From Octopus vulgaris (taxonomy: Eukaryota), in NCBI GenBank assembly GCA_951406725.2, contig OX597834.1, forward strand, positions 39,618,001 through 39,682,000: DNA of 64,000 nucleotides, given 5' to 3'. Under the pieces are notes generated by a model. That model did no database searches. It saw only the letters and a program-made list of their open reading frames with translations, and had not been told where the DNA came from. Position numbers and translations under genes: made by a program. Below are positions 26,745-39,421 of the stretch, piece after piece (within the stretch, counting starts at the first letter, position 1; each line of letters begins with the position of its first letter).

Positions 26745-27452
26745 TCTTTTATTCATTTCAGTCATTTGACTGTGGCCATGCTGGAGCACCGCCTTTAGTC
26801 GAGCAAATCAACCCCAGGTTGTTAGCCTAGTACTTATTCTATTGATTTCTTTTGGTGAAACGCTGTTACGGGGATGTAAATACACCAGCATCGGTTGTCA
26901 AGTGATGTTGGGGGGACAAACACAGACACACAAACATATACACACATGGAGACCTCCTTCAGTCACGAATGACCGTGGGATTGCACCTAGAAAGTTACCT
27001 TCTGAGGCACAAGTCCTGGCAAGGTTGTTTATGGAAAACCAGCAGTCACCCATGCATACCAGCCCCCACCCTCTCCATGCCACCGATGTCATCCAAGGGA
27101 AACGCAAAGTGGTCGATACAGCTTGGCACCAGTGATGTTGCAACTCATTTCTACAGCTGAGTGAACTGGAGTAAAGTGAAATAAAGTGTCTTGCTCAAGA
27201 ACACAACACACAGCTCGGTCTGGGAATCGAACTCACCTCACGAGCGTAAGTTTGCCGCTCTAACCACTGAGCCATACACACGCATATATATATACGACAG
27301 GCTTCTTTCAGTTTCCATCTACCAAATCCTCTGACAAGGCTTTGGTCAGCCCAAGGCTATCGTAGAAGACACTTGCCCAAGGTGCCACGCAGTGGGACTA
27401 AACACAGAACCATGTGGTTGGTAAGCAAGCTACTTACCACACAGCCACTCCT
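26745..27452 (-). mobile_element. Major octopus-type SINE with a second SINE nested at ~26950-27275
   Basis: Tail and head halves of the family are separated by a different tRNA-SINE. Confidence 0.78.
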
Positions 27453-28152
27453 GTACATTCTGAGTTCAAATTTACCTGGGGTAGACATTGCCTTTCATCC
27501 TTTAGGTGTCAATAAAATAAGTACCAGTTGAATACTGGGGTCAATGTAAGCGATTTATCCCCTGCCTCCACAGTGACTGGCCTTGTGCAAATATTTGATA
27601 TCAGTATCATGTCTAATCTGTACATTCTGAGTTCAAAATCACCCAAGGTCGACTTTGCCTGTCATCCTTTTGGGGTCAATAAGTAAGTACCAGTTGATCA
27701 CTGGGACCAATATAATTCACACAGCCCCTCCCTGGAATTCAGATTCAAAAATAAAATAAACATAGGCGTAGGAGTGGCTGTGTGGTAAGTAGCTTGCTTA
27801 CCAACCACATGGTTCCGGGTTCAGTCCCATGCGTGGTACCTTGGGCAAGTGTCTTCTTCTATAGCCTCGGGCCACCACCACCATCATTATTGAGTAAGAG
27901 AGCAGTGGATGTTATCAAAGTGACATTGGGGTAAAATATATTATCATTATAAGGGTAGCGGATTGGGAGAAAAAAAGGCCATATCTTGCCAAGTCGTTCA
28001 TCTTTACCCATCGTTCTTTCAGACTTGATAAAATAATGTATCAAAAGTACCAGTCACATACTGGGCTCAATGTAACCAACTAATTCCCTTTCCCTCAAAA
28101 TTGCTAGCCTTGCGCTTAAATTTAGAACCATTACTATTATTGTAGAAGTAGC

Positions 28153-28196
<44 letters not shown>

Positions 28197-28624
28197 CAGT
28201 GGTAGTGGTTGCTGTCATCTCCCATTTTCCCAATTCATAAAGCTCAACAGATTCTTTTTTTTTTGCCTATTAACAATATATTTTTGGCAGTGAAAGCGGA
28301 TTCCAAGAATTTCCTCTCCAGAATGAGATAATACTGCTACTGTATATGCATCACAAGACACAGTAAATCACTAAGAATTGCTTTAGTATATATGGCAGCT
28401 GACGGTTTCTGCATATTTTATTCTTCATCATTTCAATACTGGACTAAGGAAATTTTTTCCCTTTTGTGCCCGTCTTTTATTTTTCTTCCTATTTCCATTA
28501 ATCTTTCATCTACAGCAGAGCTTCAGAACCATTTGTTTTTACCTGTGGATCCCTTTGGTTCCTAGCTTTAAAGAAATCATGTTTTATTTTCATAATATTA
28601 TTAGGAATTGGATAAGTAATAATA

Positions 28625-29225
28625 ATAATGAAATTATTGTATACAGTGCTCAGGTGCACCACAACTTGTCAAAAGTGCGTATAAAGCATATGCAGTAATG
28701 TACAAATGTCTGGGAAGTGAAGAGCGTATAAATCAGATACATGCTTGCGTGTGTATGGAGGGGAGAAAATCAGGTGTAGTGTTGGCAAATCTCAGGAAGC
28801 ATGGAAGTTGTGAAGGATACAGTGCTCCGACAACTAACAACTGATGCCAGCAGTTTCTTCCATGCTTCAGCAACTCTTAGCGCGAATAAATGTTTCCGAA
28901 AGTCGTGGGAGCTGTGCTGTTTTCTGACTTTGTAAACATGTCCACAGGTGTTAGACAGGTGGAGTCTGAAAAGGTTCTCAGAGTTATTGTTTGTAAGATG
29001 GTTAATAATTTTATGGGTGACTGCCAAGTCAGCTGCCAGACGTCGGAGTTTCAATGTAGCCATGCCCAGGGAAGTAAGGCGTTCAAAATATGGCAAATGC
29101 CTAATGGAGGGTATTCTCTTGGCTGCTCAACGCTGAACAATTTCCAGACGATTAATATCCTGGGCAAGATAGGGCTTCCAGACAGGTGATGCAAATTCCA
29201 GGTGAAGCCGCAACATAGCTATATA
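28625..29225 (-). mobile_element. CR1-type LINE 3' end with a (TTA)n tail
   Basis: Reads HLEFASPVWKPYLAQDINRLEIVQR / ...LKLRRLAADL...RVAEAWKKL, a typical CR1 RT C-terminus, frameshifted. Confidence 0.9.
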
Positions 29226-30501
29226 AAGCGGCTCACAAAGGACTTGGTAAGTGATGCCAAATATTGTTAAAGTATTTTGTGTATTATAGAAGTATAAACG
29301 ATTTATAGCAGACAAATTTTAACCAAAAAATCTTATACAGACCCCAGTTCGGAAGCACTGATCTACAGCAGTGATTCTAAACCATTTTTTTTTTGGTTTT
29401 ACCTATGGATCCCCACCCCCTTTGGCTATTATTTTATTCTGGTGGACCCTCATAGCCATTTGATGTTTTATGATCAAATCAACCAGGTCCAGCCTCTCAC
29501 ACCTACCCACCAATGTCATTCTAAAAATAATCACATCATCAAAATTTGAAGCTACATAATTAATGTATATTTAATTAAAAACAATGTGAATAATTAAGCA
29601 TTACATTTGACAGAGTAATCTGAATGATAAAGGGTTCAAATGACACTAAAATAATTTCATTTACTTTTATGTTTTGCTGCCCCCTGTTTTGGCATTTTGC
29701 TTTTTACCGTTCCATTCCTGGGGCTATATATCTGACTTGTTCCTTTTACTTCAGAATAAAAGACATAAAGATAAAAGGATATATCTTATAAAAAATGGTA
29801 AAAGCTAGTCTGTATGTTTATGCTGAGTGTAAAGTATCTTGAGAGAATTTTTACCGTTATTAAATATAATTCCAAACGTGAAGAAAAAGAAAAAAAAAAG
29901 AAAAGGCACCCAAATTGAAACCAGATGTAATTTGGGAATATTCTTAATTATAAGAGCCAAAATATCTTGAAAAGTTTAAGGATCTACTCTCAAAGGTGAT
30001 CTCAAGAAACTTCTTCTAACGACTGTTGATGGAATGAGAGCTCTGCGATTTTCAAGAAATCAAAAACATCTGATCAACAATAAGGGAGAAAGGGGGCAGA
30101 GAATATTAAAAGTAATTAATGCTCATACAAAGCTAATTAATGGGGAATTAAGAATGTGCGTAGGGGGTGGCATATATATTTTAGAGGGATTGGCAGTCAG
30201 CAATGCGTGTGTGTGTATGTGTGTGTGTGTGTGTAGCGGGGGTGGGGTGTTGAAATAGATTATAGCTGTAATAAATCATGTCTTTATCTGCAACTCGTTT
30301 CAGGTTTTAGACTGTGGCCATGCTGGGGCACTGCCTTGAAGGGTGCTGCCAACCAAATCAACCCCTGTACATGTTTTTTTTAAATCTGGTACTTGTTCTG
30401 TTGGTCTCTTTAGCTGAGCTACTAATTTGTGGGGATGTAAACAAACCAACAATTGCTATCAAGTGGTGGTGGGAGACACATCAAAAACACATACACATAT
30501 G

Positions 30502-30541
<40 letters not shown>

Positions 30542-30998
30542 GAAAGAGAGAGCTAGCTTCCACACAGTTTCCACCCACCAAATTCACTCACAAGACATTG
30601 GTGAGCCTGAGGCACATGCTCAAAGTACCACACTGTGGGACTGAACCCCAAATCCTTCTTAACCACAAACCTATGACTGCACCTTTTCCTTTAGGAGGGG
30701 GTAGATGCATTTTCTTTCAATATATATATTTCACACAGGTAAGTAAATTTCGAATGCAGTAAATCTGTAAGGACAACAATTGTCTATAATTGTCAATAAT
30801 TGTCTATATATACACACACATACATACATACGTGTATATAAAATAAGAAATAGGATTGATAAATTTGAGTAAAATTCTTCAAGGCCAATGCCCCAGCATG
30901 GTCAGTCTAATGACTGAAACAAGTAAAAGATAAAAGATATGTCTGTATGTGAAAACTTACACACACACAAATAAATATATATATATATAAATAAACAC

Positions 30999-31073
<75 letters not shown>

Positions 31074-31200
31074 TACACACACAGACACTCACAAATACAT
31101 ATAAATACACTCGCACACAAAAGTTATATAAAGTCTATGAAAATATATTTAGTCTAGCTGTGGAAGCAGGGTGCCATGGATAAACAAATCATAAAGCGCC

Positions 31201-31291
31201 TTGGCAGCTTGAAATGAGGATTTAACTAACTTGTTTCAGCTTTCATTATAGTCTCATCAGAGATTGTTTACCTCACCTTTCAGGTTGCCAA
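31201..31291 (-). ncRNA. Degenerate hammerhead motif inside a long imperfect stem
   Basis: Minus-strand CTGATGA (31260-31254) and GAAA (31237-31234), followed by CAAGTT. Enclosed by arms 31201-31219 and 31271-31291. Helix II is mismatched. Confidence 0.38.
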
Positions 31292-31685
31292 ATTTAAGAA
31301 GCGTGGAGCTACTTATAGAAATGTAAATAGAATTATGACATGCCGAATGTACTTCAAACCTAACAACCTACTGGCCAAAAGTCCAGACACCTGAGAGTTT
31401 CTTCGAAAAAGGGTCCTATTAAACGATCCAAATCTACCTGCAGTTAATCAAAGAATATTCTTGGCTCCTCAGCAAATAGTTAATTACCGCAATATTTCTA
31501 TCTTTTTAATTGCTTCAGTCATTTGTTTTCTTCAATGAAAGGCATGAAACTCTCAGACCTCAAGTCACTCTGTTACTTCTGCTAAATATTAACAAAAATA
31601 TATGCATAGTCATGTTTCCAGTTCTATTTCCCCCCTCTGCATCTATCTATCTACCTACATATCTATCTATATGTATGTGTGTGTG

Positions 31686-31733
<48 letters not shown>

Positions 31734-31736
31734 TAT

Positions 31737-31767
<31 letters not shown>

Positions 31768-31900
31768 CACATACATACATATATATATATATACACACAT
31801 ATACATACACATCGTTTAACGTCCGTTCTCCATGCTAGCATGGGTATATACATATGTATGTGTGTGTGTGTATGTAAGAGTTCATATATATATATATATA

Positions 31901-32293
31901 TGAAGGCATATGGCTTAGTGGTTAAGGTGTTGCACTCACGACTGTGAGAATCACGAGTTCGATTCCCAGACCAGGCGTTGTGTATTGTTCTTGAGCAAAG
32001 CACTTCATTTCACGTTGCTCTACAGTCATTTTGACATCTGACCTGTGGCACCCAGTTGCACCTGTACAGGTAATGTCGATTTGATGGAAGGAGTGAGCTT
32101 AGGTTTACACAACCATTTGATCACTATAAGCAGATCAACAGTGTGGTGGTTCGGTAAGAAATTGTTGAACACTCATACGTCGTCAAATGAAGTGCTTTGA
32201 TCAAGAACAATACACAACGCCTGGTCTGGGAATCGAACTCATGATCTCACAATCATGAGTACAACACCTTAACCACTAAGCCACGTGCCTTCA
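31901..32293. repeat. SINE-head fold-back: inverted arms 31901-32010 and 32185-32293
   Basis: tRNA-SINE head present in both orientations with near-identical sequence. Confidence 0.85.
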
Positions 32294-32741
32294 TATATAT
32301 ATATATATATATATTAGATGTGCCTTCATGTGTGTGCGTGCGTACAAGATAGGCTTTTACACAGTTTCTGCCTACCAAATTCACTCACACAAGATTGGTC
32401 AGCCCAGGGCGATAAAAGCAATTGCCCAAGGTGCCACAGTGAGATTGAACCCAAAACTGCATGGTTACAAAGCAAGCTTCTTAACCACACTGCCATGCCT
32501 GCAGAAAGATCTTATTTCAAATCCCTCCAAATTCTTAGCTACTTTCTCAAAATTAACCCAAACACCTAAACCATTTTATAGTTACAACTACCAAATTGTA
32601 AACATTTATCCGAAGCTAAACACAGCCTTCTTTTATAATGCTCCACTAAACATCTTTAAATATAATAATTTAGTTCAGTTGCAGGAATTATAACCCTTTT
32701 TGAAGGCTGACCTTCTCCTTCAAGTATAAAACCTAACCTAC

Positions 32742-32770
32742 CATTTGAAGTTGTTACTTAACAGTACCAT
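32742..32770 (-). CDS. Candidate alternative first coding exon (MVLLSNNFK/C) splicing into the exon at 26244
   Basis: gaaATGG start with an upstream in-frame stop and a TG|GTAGGT donor. Phase 2 is compatible. Sits in an island of unique sequence. Confidence 0.33.
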
Positions 32771-34400
32771 TTCTATTCTGTCTGTTTCTTCATTCTTCTA
32801 ACACCAGTCATTCTATGATATTTACTGGTTAAATAAACTAAAATCAATACTTCGACTATCAAATACGTCCGTATATCTCCGGCTTGCAACTATTACTGAA
32901 TTATAGGTTATTAACAAAACAGCGCATTATGGCAAATGCTGGTTTATGTGTCTATATCTTGGTCTCTGTGGACTTTAAAATAGCAGCAGTTAGCTATTGA
33001 TGGTATCGCAGTCGAAAGAGAAGGAGACGAGGAGAGAGAGTCATAGAACTTAGAATTTTATGGCATATATTTCTGGTGTCGATGGCGGCGGTGGTGGTGG
33101 AAATTTGATTAGAGGAGAGAAGCCAATGGCCTTAAGTTTTTCTTTTTTCTTTTTCGAAGTTTCCCATGACAGACAGGAATAAAGTTATCCTCTGACCACT
33201 GACTTGGCATTATCATCATCATCATCATCATCATTATCGTCTCCGTCTCTCCTTTTTTCACTCCCTATATCTCTTTTATCTTTCTTTTGCTTGTTTCAGT
33301 CATTGGGTGGTGGCCATGGTGGGGCACTGCCTGGAAGGGTTTAGTTGAACAAATCAACCCAAATACTTTTTTTTTATTTATTCTTTTTTTTTGAAAAAAG
33401 CCTGGTATTTATTCCATCTGTTTCATTTTTGCCGAACCACTAACTTACAGGAACATAAACAAACAAACACCAGTTGTCAAACGGTCATGGGAGACAAGCA
33501 CACACACATATTGTGCTAGTGCCACATAAAAGGCACCCAGTCCACTCTGTAAACCATGCCAAAACAGACAATGGCGCCTGGTGCAGCCCTCCAACTTGCC
33601 AGCATGTGTCAAACCGTTCCACCCATGCCAGCATGGAAAACAGACATTAAATAATGATGGTGATGATGTATGTGTGTGTATATTTGTCTCTGATGCCAAA
33701 ACATACTGTCACCAAGACAGGTTAAATGTCCGGTCAACCGTGACAGGTCAGTGCCCAGTCAGCCGTGACAAATCACCAGCGCCGAAAGAACTGCGCCCAA
33801 TTGTCTCAGTCTGCTGTAGCCATCTTGATCACACAACACTGACCACTTTCACAATGCAGCGTAGAATGCAATAAAGCTAAAAATACCCAGATCCATTAGA
33901 TATATTTATATCGGATTTTATAGAGAAAAATAATTTCATGGATGAATGAACATTTTTTAGTTCTGTAGAATGTCTTTGTTCAGTTGAAAATATGGACTCT
34001 TTGTATTCCACTATGAAGATAGCACACAGTCTAGAAATCATATCACACTATGAAGGCAGTAACACATTGTGGAGACAGCGTTCATTGTTTTGGAGTTGAT
34101 AAAATCAACTAATCACCTCTGTCTAAAAATTACTGGCCTTCCGATTCTTCACATTCTGAGTTCAGATATCACTGAACTCACCTTGTCTTATTCTCTCCTT
34201 CATGTTCGCTTATTTATACCTCAACAGCTTTTGCTGCTGATGGTACCAAATTGCACAATGTTTTTCAATAAGGTGTTGAAATTGTGATGACTTTGGTTGA
34301 GAAATGATGAGGGGCGCATCGATGTCCTTCATGTGGTTTTTACTCATTTTCTTAACGTTCTTTTGTTGTCCTCCAATATTACATTTTACAACTAAATGTA

Positions 34401-34440
<40 letters not shown>

Positions 34441-35770
34441 ATAAATAAAATATATGCATGCATACAAACATATATGTACGTACATACATCTACATGTATA
34501 TATACATGCTTATATAAATATATATACGTGAGTATAGGACACTGCAACTAGATGTAGAACTCAACGAAAAACGAAAACGGACAAGCCATATTTTTACAAC
34601 AAAAAAACAGAGACGAAACGAAAATGGGAAAAACATTATTTTTTACAACAGAAAAACAAGGTATATATATGTGTATATATGTGTGTCTGCCATAGAAGCT
34701 AGTGTGCTCAGCTTTAATGCAGATCTCTCAGCCCATCCTTTCAATGCTTTGTTTCCCAACCAACTTCTTCTGCACTACTTAACCTATTTAAACATGAAAC
34801 AAAAAAAAATATCTTCCTCAAGTAACAGAACAAATCAGTTTTCTGACCATATTTAGAAAATTTGGAAAGTTCGTTTCCTCAAGTGTATTCTAAAGCCACT
34901 TAACTACTCTCACAGAAGTAGATAAAAGTGTTTCCGTCTTGTCTTCAATACCATTTATACAAAACAATGAACATTTCTACAATTATCATTATTATCACCA
35001 TCATCATCATCATCATTATTATTATTAACAATTTTAAGATGATTTATTTTACTAACGGTAAAAATGATCCAAAAATGCTTAGGATGAGGGAATAAGGTTC
35101 ACTTTTTTCAACTGTGTGTGTGGATGCATGTATATGTATGTTTAAATGTGCAATAATATGCATACATACATACACACACACATATGTACATATACATACA
35201 TATATACATACATACATACATATACATACATACATATACATACATACATACACATATATATATATATACACATATAATATACATATATACATACATGTAT
35301 ATGTACATATACATACATTCATACCTACACACACACACATATATATACATACATATATATATATATATACATACACATACATACATACACATACATATAC
35401 ATATATATATATATACATACATACACATACATACATATATACATACATACACATACATACATATATACATACATAGGTATATACATATGCATACATATAC
35501 GTACATATAACTATATATATATACACACACACATATATATGTAGTTATACATCATCATTTAACATCCGTGTTCCATACTAGCATGGGTGGGACAGTTTCA
35601 CAAGAGTCGGCCAGGCAAAAGCCTGCACTAGACTTCTGTGACTGTTTCAGCAGGATTCTTATGACTGGATGCTCTTCCTAACATCAACCACTCAGCAGAG
35701 TCGACTTAGTGCTTTGTTGAGTGGTTGGTGCTAGGAAGGGTACCCAGCTGTAAAAAAAACCTGCCAAATA

Positions 35771-36582
35771 CAGGGTGCGATGGGTAAATTGTCACCATTT
35801 TACATTTTCAATTTCGTGCATGCACATTGTTCGGTTTTGATTTTGTCAATTACACAGTATAGTAGGGTCAGTTGGGCACCGTCTGTGAGAAAAACAACAC
35901 TATTGCGCAATTCATTACTCTCTTTACTCTTTTACTCTTTTACTTGTTTCAGTCATTTGACTGTGGCCATGCTGGAGCACCGCCTTTAGTCGAGCAAATC
36001 GACCCCGGGACTTATTCTTTGTAAGCCCAGTACTTATTCTATCGGTCTCTTTTGCTGAACCGCTAAGTAACGGGGACGTAAACACACCAGCGTCGGTTGT
36101 CAAGCAATGCTAGGGGGACAAACACACACACACATACACATATATACATATACATACATATATGCGACAAGCTTCTTTCAGTTTCCGTCTACCAAATCCA
36201 CTCACAAGGCATTGGTCGGCCCAGGGCTATAGCAGAAGACACTTGCCCAAGATGCCACGTAGTGGGACTGAAACCGGAACCATGTGGTTGGCTAGCAAGC
36301 TACTTACCACACAGCCACTCCTGCGCCTATTGTGCACCATTGTGTCAGAAATTTGGAAACATGCTGTACTGCTTTGCATTTGCACCGGAGGCTCCAGTAT
36401 GACCATTTCAGAGTGTTTGGACATCAATCCGAGGACAGTGCATGTACCGAGAGTGATGAGAAATCAAACATCCAGTCAACATCATGGTGTTAGGAGTAAT
36501 CACTAGTGGTGGCAATGTTATGACTTCATTCATCTTCCCACATGGCCTCACACTCAACAAAGAAGCCTACGTCAAGCACCTG
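35771..36582 (+). mobile_element. Tc1/mariner remnant (left end plus decayed transposase) interrupted by a SINE
   Basis: TA|CAGGGTG terminus. Translates to HPVNIMVLGVITSGGNVMTSFIFPHGLTLNKEAYVKHL at ~36468-36582. Confidence 0.72.
35916..36330 (-). mobile_element. Full-length major octopus-type tRNA SINE
   Basis: Head ATAGGCGCAGGAGTGGCTGTGTGGTAAG, internal (CA/TA)n, tail (AGTAAAAG)n. Confidence 0.88.
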
Positions 36583-37257
36583 TGGCCATGCTGGAGCACC
36601 ACCATTAGTTGAGCAAAGAGACCCCAAGACTTATTCTTTGTAAGCCTAGTACTTACTCCTTCGGTCTCTTTTGCCGAACTGCTAAGTTACGGGTACATAA
36701 ACACACCAGCATCAGCTGTCAAGCGATGTTGGGGAGGACAAACACAGACACACAAACATACACACACACACACATATGATGGGTTTTTTTCAGTTTCCGT
36801 CTACTAAATCCACTCACAAGGCTTTGGTTGGCCCGAGGCTATAGTAGAAAAAAAATGCCCAAGGTGCTATGCAGTGGGACTGAACCCGGAACCATGTGGT
36901 TGGTAAGCAAGCTACTTATCACACAACCACTCTGTGTAAATTTATATGTTTTAAAACTTCCATTTCTCCCATTTTTGCACAAGTACGACTGGGATGGTTA
37001 TTTTGTCTACAGAATCTAAGTGCCGTTCCTCTCCATCCATCTGATGACCACTCAAACAATCAAGTGTCTGCAGATGGAAATTGTTTATGAACCAAGCAAA
37101 ATCATTACACTCCCCCATCACCATCACCTGGTGTTAACAGGGTTTATCTTAGCACTATAATCCTGTTGCCATCTTACATTTTTTTTACTAACCTAATTCT
37201 GAATTATCTATCTATTGCATCTTTAATGTTTGGTACTAACTGTACTGTAATAAAGAA

Positions 37258-37527
37258 GTGGCATATGGCATAGTGGTTAAGAGTGCAGGCTACTAGCCCC
37301 AAGATTCCGAGTTCGATTCCAAGCAGTGACCTGAACATCGAAAAATACCTTAGGAATGAGAACCCAGGTTCGAAATTTCCCCAAGACACCTGAAGAAGGC
37401 TGGAGGGTATATCAGCCGAAACGTTGTGTTAACAACAAACAAGATGAGGACAAATATCCGTCGAATGTAAATAATGAAAATAATGTAAATAATGTACATA
37501 ATTCCTCATCTCTTAAATATAGAACTA
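37258..37527 (+). mobile_element. tRNA-headed short retroelement carrying a minimal hammerhead ribozyme
   Basis: A box 37266-37276, B box 37309-37320, hammerhead core at 37385-37430. Flanking direct repeat TAATAAAGAA at 37248-37257 and 37528-37537. Confidence 0.75.
37385..37430 (+). ncRNA. Minimal type I hammerhead ribozyme motif
   Basis: GACAC-CTGAAGA-A-GGCTG[10-nt loop]CAGCC-GAAA-CGTT-GTGTT. CUGANGA and GAAA cores are intact, and helices I and II pair. Confidence 0.7.
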
Positions 37528-37952
37528 TAATAAAGAAAGTTGTGAAGTTTTGTCAGTGAGCAGGTTATGGTTTCAAAGCAACAAAAATATTTTGACACAA
37601 ATTAAATTTAAATGTTGAAGTGAAACTAATGGTTTCTGTGTGTTATTAAATGACTTATAAGCATCTTCCATGCTGCAATTGTTTTTGTTTCAGCACATGA
37701 TCTCAGATCAAGCCACTTGCTATGCAAGTACATCTCCATAATATATTAATTTAGTTATCAAGAAAGAAAGCAATTATTAAAGTCTTCATTGTCTAAAAAA
37801 TTCTTGCAAATTCCAATTTTAATATATTTTTATCAAAATGTGGTTTTTAAATTTCTTTTATTATGGAAGATTTCGTCATCATGATTCAATCACAAGAAAA
37901 ATGTTTATTCACTGCGAAACACTCATCTTACACTGAGAGGTAGCATTTTTTA

Positions 37953-38136
37953 ACAGACAAACGGATTAAGTTGATTATATCGACTCCAGTGCATAACTGG
38001 TACTTAATTTATCGACCCCGAAAGGATGAAAGGCAAAGTCGACCTCGGCGGAATTTGGACTCAGAACATACCGGCAGACGAAATACGGCTACGCATTTTG
38101 CTCGGCGTGCTAACGTTTCTGCCAGCTCACCGCCTT
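37953..38136 (-). mobile_element. SINE with the GCCTTTCATCCTTTCGGGGTCGATAAAT core
   Basis: Near-complete copy of the family. Confidence 0.82.
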
Positions 38137-38326
38137 TTAACTGGTACTTATCAACCCTGAGAGAATGACAGGTAAAGTCACCCTTGGCGGCATTTGGGCC
38201 CCACAATGTGAAGACAGATGAAGTGCCACTAAGCATTGTGCATTTGCATGGCACCATAGCAACTCTGACAGCTCACCGAATAAGCACACATGCGCACACA
38301 TCAAAGGAGAAAGCAGGTTTACTCAC

Positions 38327-38551
38327 CTATCGACCCAGGATCTTTGTTCTTCTTTGTTCTTACAAGAGTAATACATGTTGCCAGTCTGGGTTGGGATGCT
38401 GAAGCATTCATTCTGTCCCAGAAGGCTGTTGTGAACAGGCCTTATGTCCAATCTTCCTGTGTTGTTTAGCTCGATGTTGTGCATGTTCGACTGATTCGTC
38501 AGCAGGGACTCATGGGAACGAGACGTCCGTATTCTTGAGCTAATGATTGAT
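38327..38551 (-). CDS. nGAP/DAB2IP/SynGAP-family RasGAP, exon with the C-terminal half of the PH domain (SIISSRIRTSRSHESLL...SWVD)
   Basis: AG acceptor at 38553-38552 and GTGAGT donor. 225 nt, phase 2/2. Contains the family motif S.SHESLL and the PH C-terminal helix (EEQRSWVDS). Confidence 0.93.
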
Positions 38552-38651
38552 CTGAAACAAACAGAAAACATCAACAGATAACAGGGTTTCAAATCCAGAC
38601 ACAGAAGAATTGTACTTAGAGCAGGAAAAAACAAAACAAAAAAAGGTTCAG

Positions 38652-39043
38652 AGGAGTAGCTGTGTGGTAAGTAGCTTGCTTACCAACCACATGGTTCAGG
38701 GTTCAGTCCCACTGTGTGGCACCTTGGGGCAGTGTCTTCTACTATAGCCTCGGACCGCCCAATGCCTTGTGTGGATTTGGGAGACGGAAACTGAAAGAAG
38801 CCTGTTGTATATATGTATATACATATGTGTGTGTGTTTGTGTGTCTGTGTTTGTCCCCCCCACCCACATCGCTTGACAACCAATGCTGGTGTGTTTACGT
38901 CCCAGTAACTTAGCGGTTCGGCAAAAAAGACTGATAGAATAAGTACTGAGCTTATAAAGAATAAGTCCTGGAGTCAATCTGCTCAACTAAAGATGGTGCT
39001 CCAGCATGGCCACAGTCAAATGACTGAAACAAGTAAAAGAGTA
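38652..39043 (+). mobile_element. Major SINE copy, with an inverted copy following at ~39180-39565
   Basis: Head-to-tail match to the family. Confidence 0.87.
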
Positions 39044-39390
39044 AGTCCACATTTTATGTTTACAATTTGAAAAAAATTCAGGGGGAAAAAAAAATAGGGG
39101 TAACTCAGTAGTTTGCATGCGACAAATGGAAGGGACCCACATAAAAGTGTTCTGATGTCTCTAATAAAGACTTTGTTTAGTCTTTTGCTTGTTTCAGTCA
39201 TTAGACTGTGGCCATGCTGGAGCACTGCCTTGACGAATGTTTATTCGAACACATCAACACTAGCACTTAATTTTCTAAATCTGGTACTTATTCTATTGGT
39301 CTCTTTTGCCGAACTGCTAAGTTACGGTAACATGAGCACACCAACACCACTTATCAAGCGGTGGTGGGGAACAAACCCAGACACAAAGAC

Positions 39391-39421
<31 letters not shown>

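Noticed and set aside
31284-31447. Plus-strand exon-like reading (VAKFKKRG...; GPIKRSKST resembling the family KRTKS motif)
   Set aside because: Wrong strand and position for the gene, short, with stops. Probably chance.
37260-37332. Genuine tRNA gene (also the heads at ~20070-20142, ~24757 and ~31905)
   Set aside because: Acceptor and anticodon stems pair poorly and each head continues into a repeat body, so these are SINE heads.
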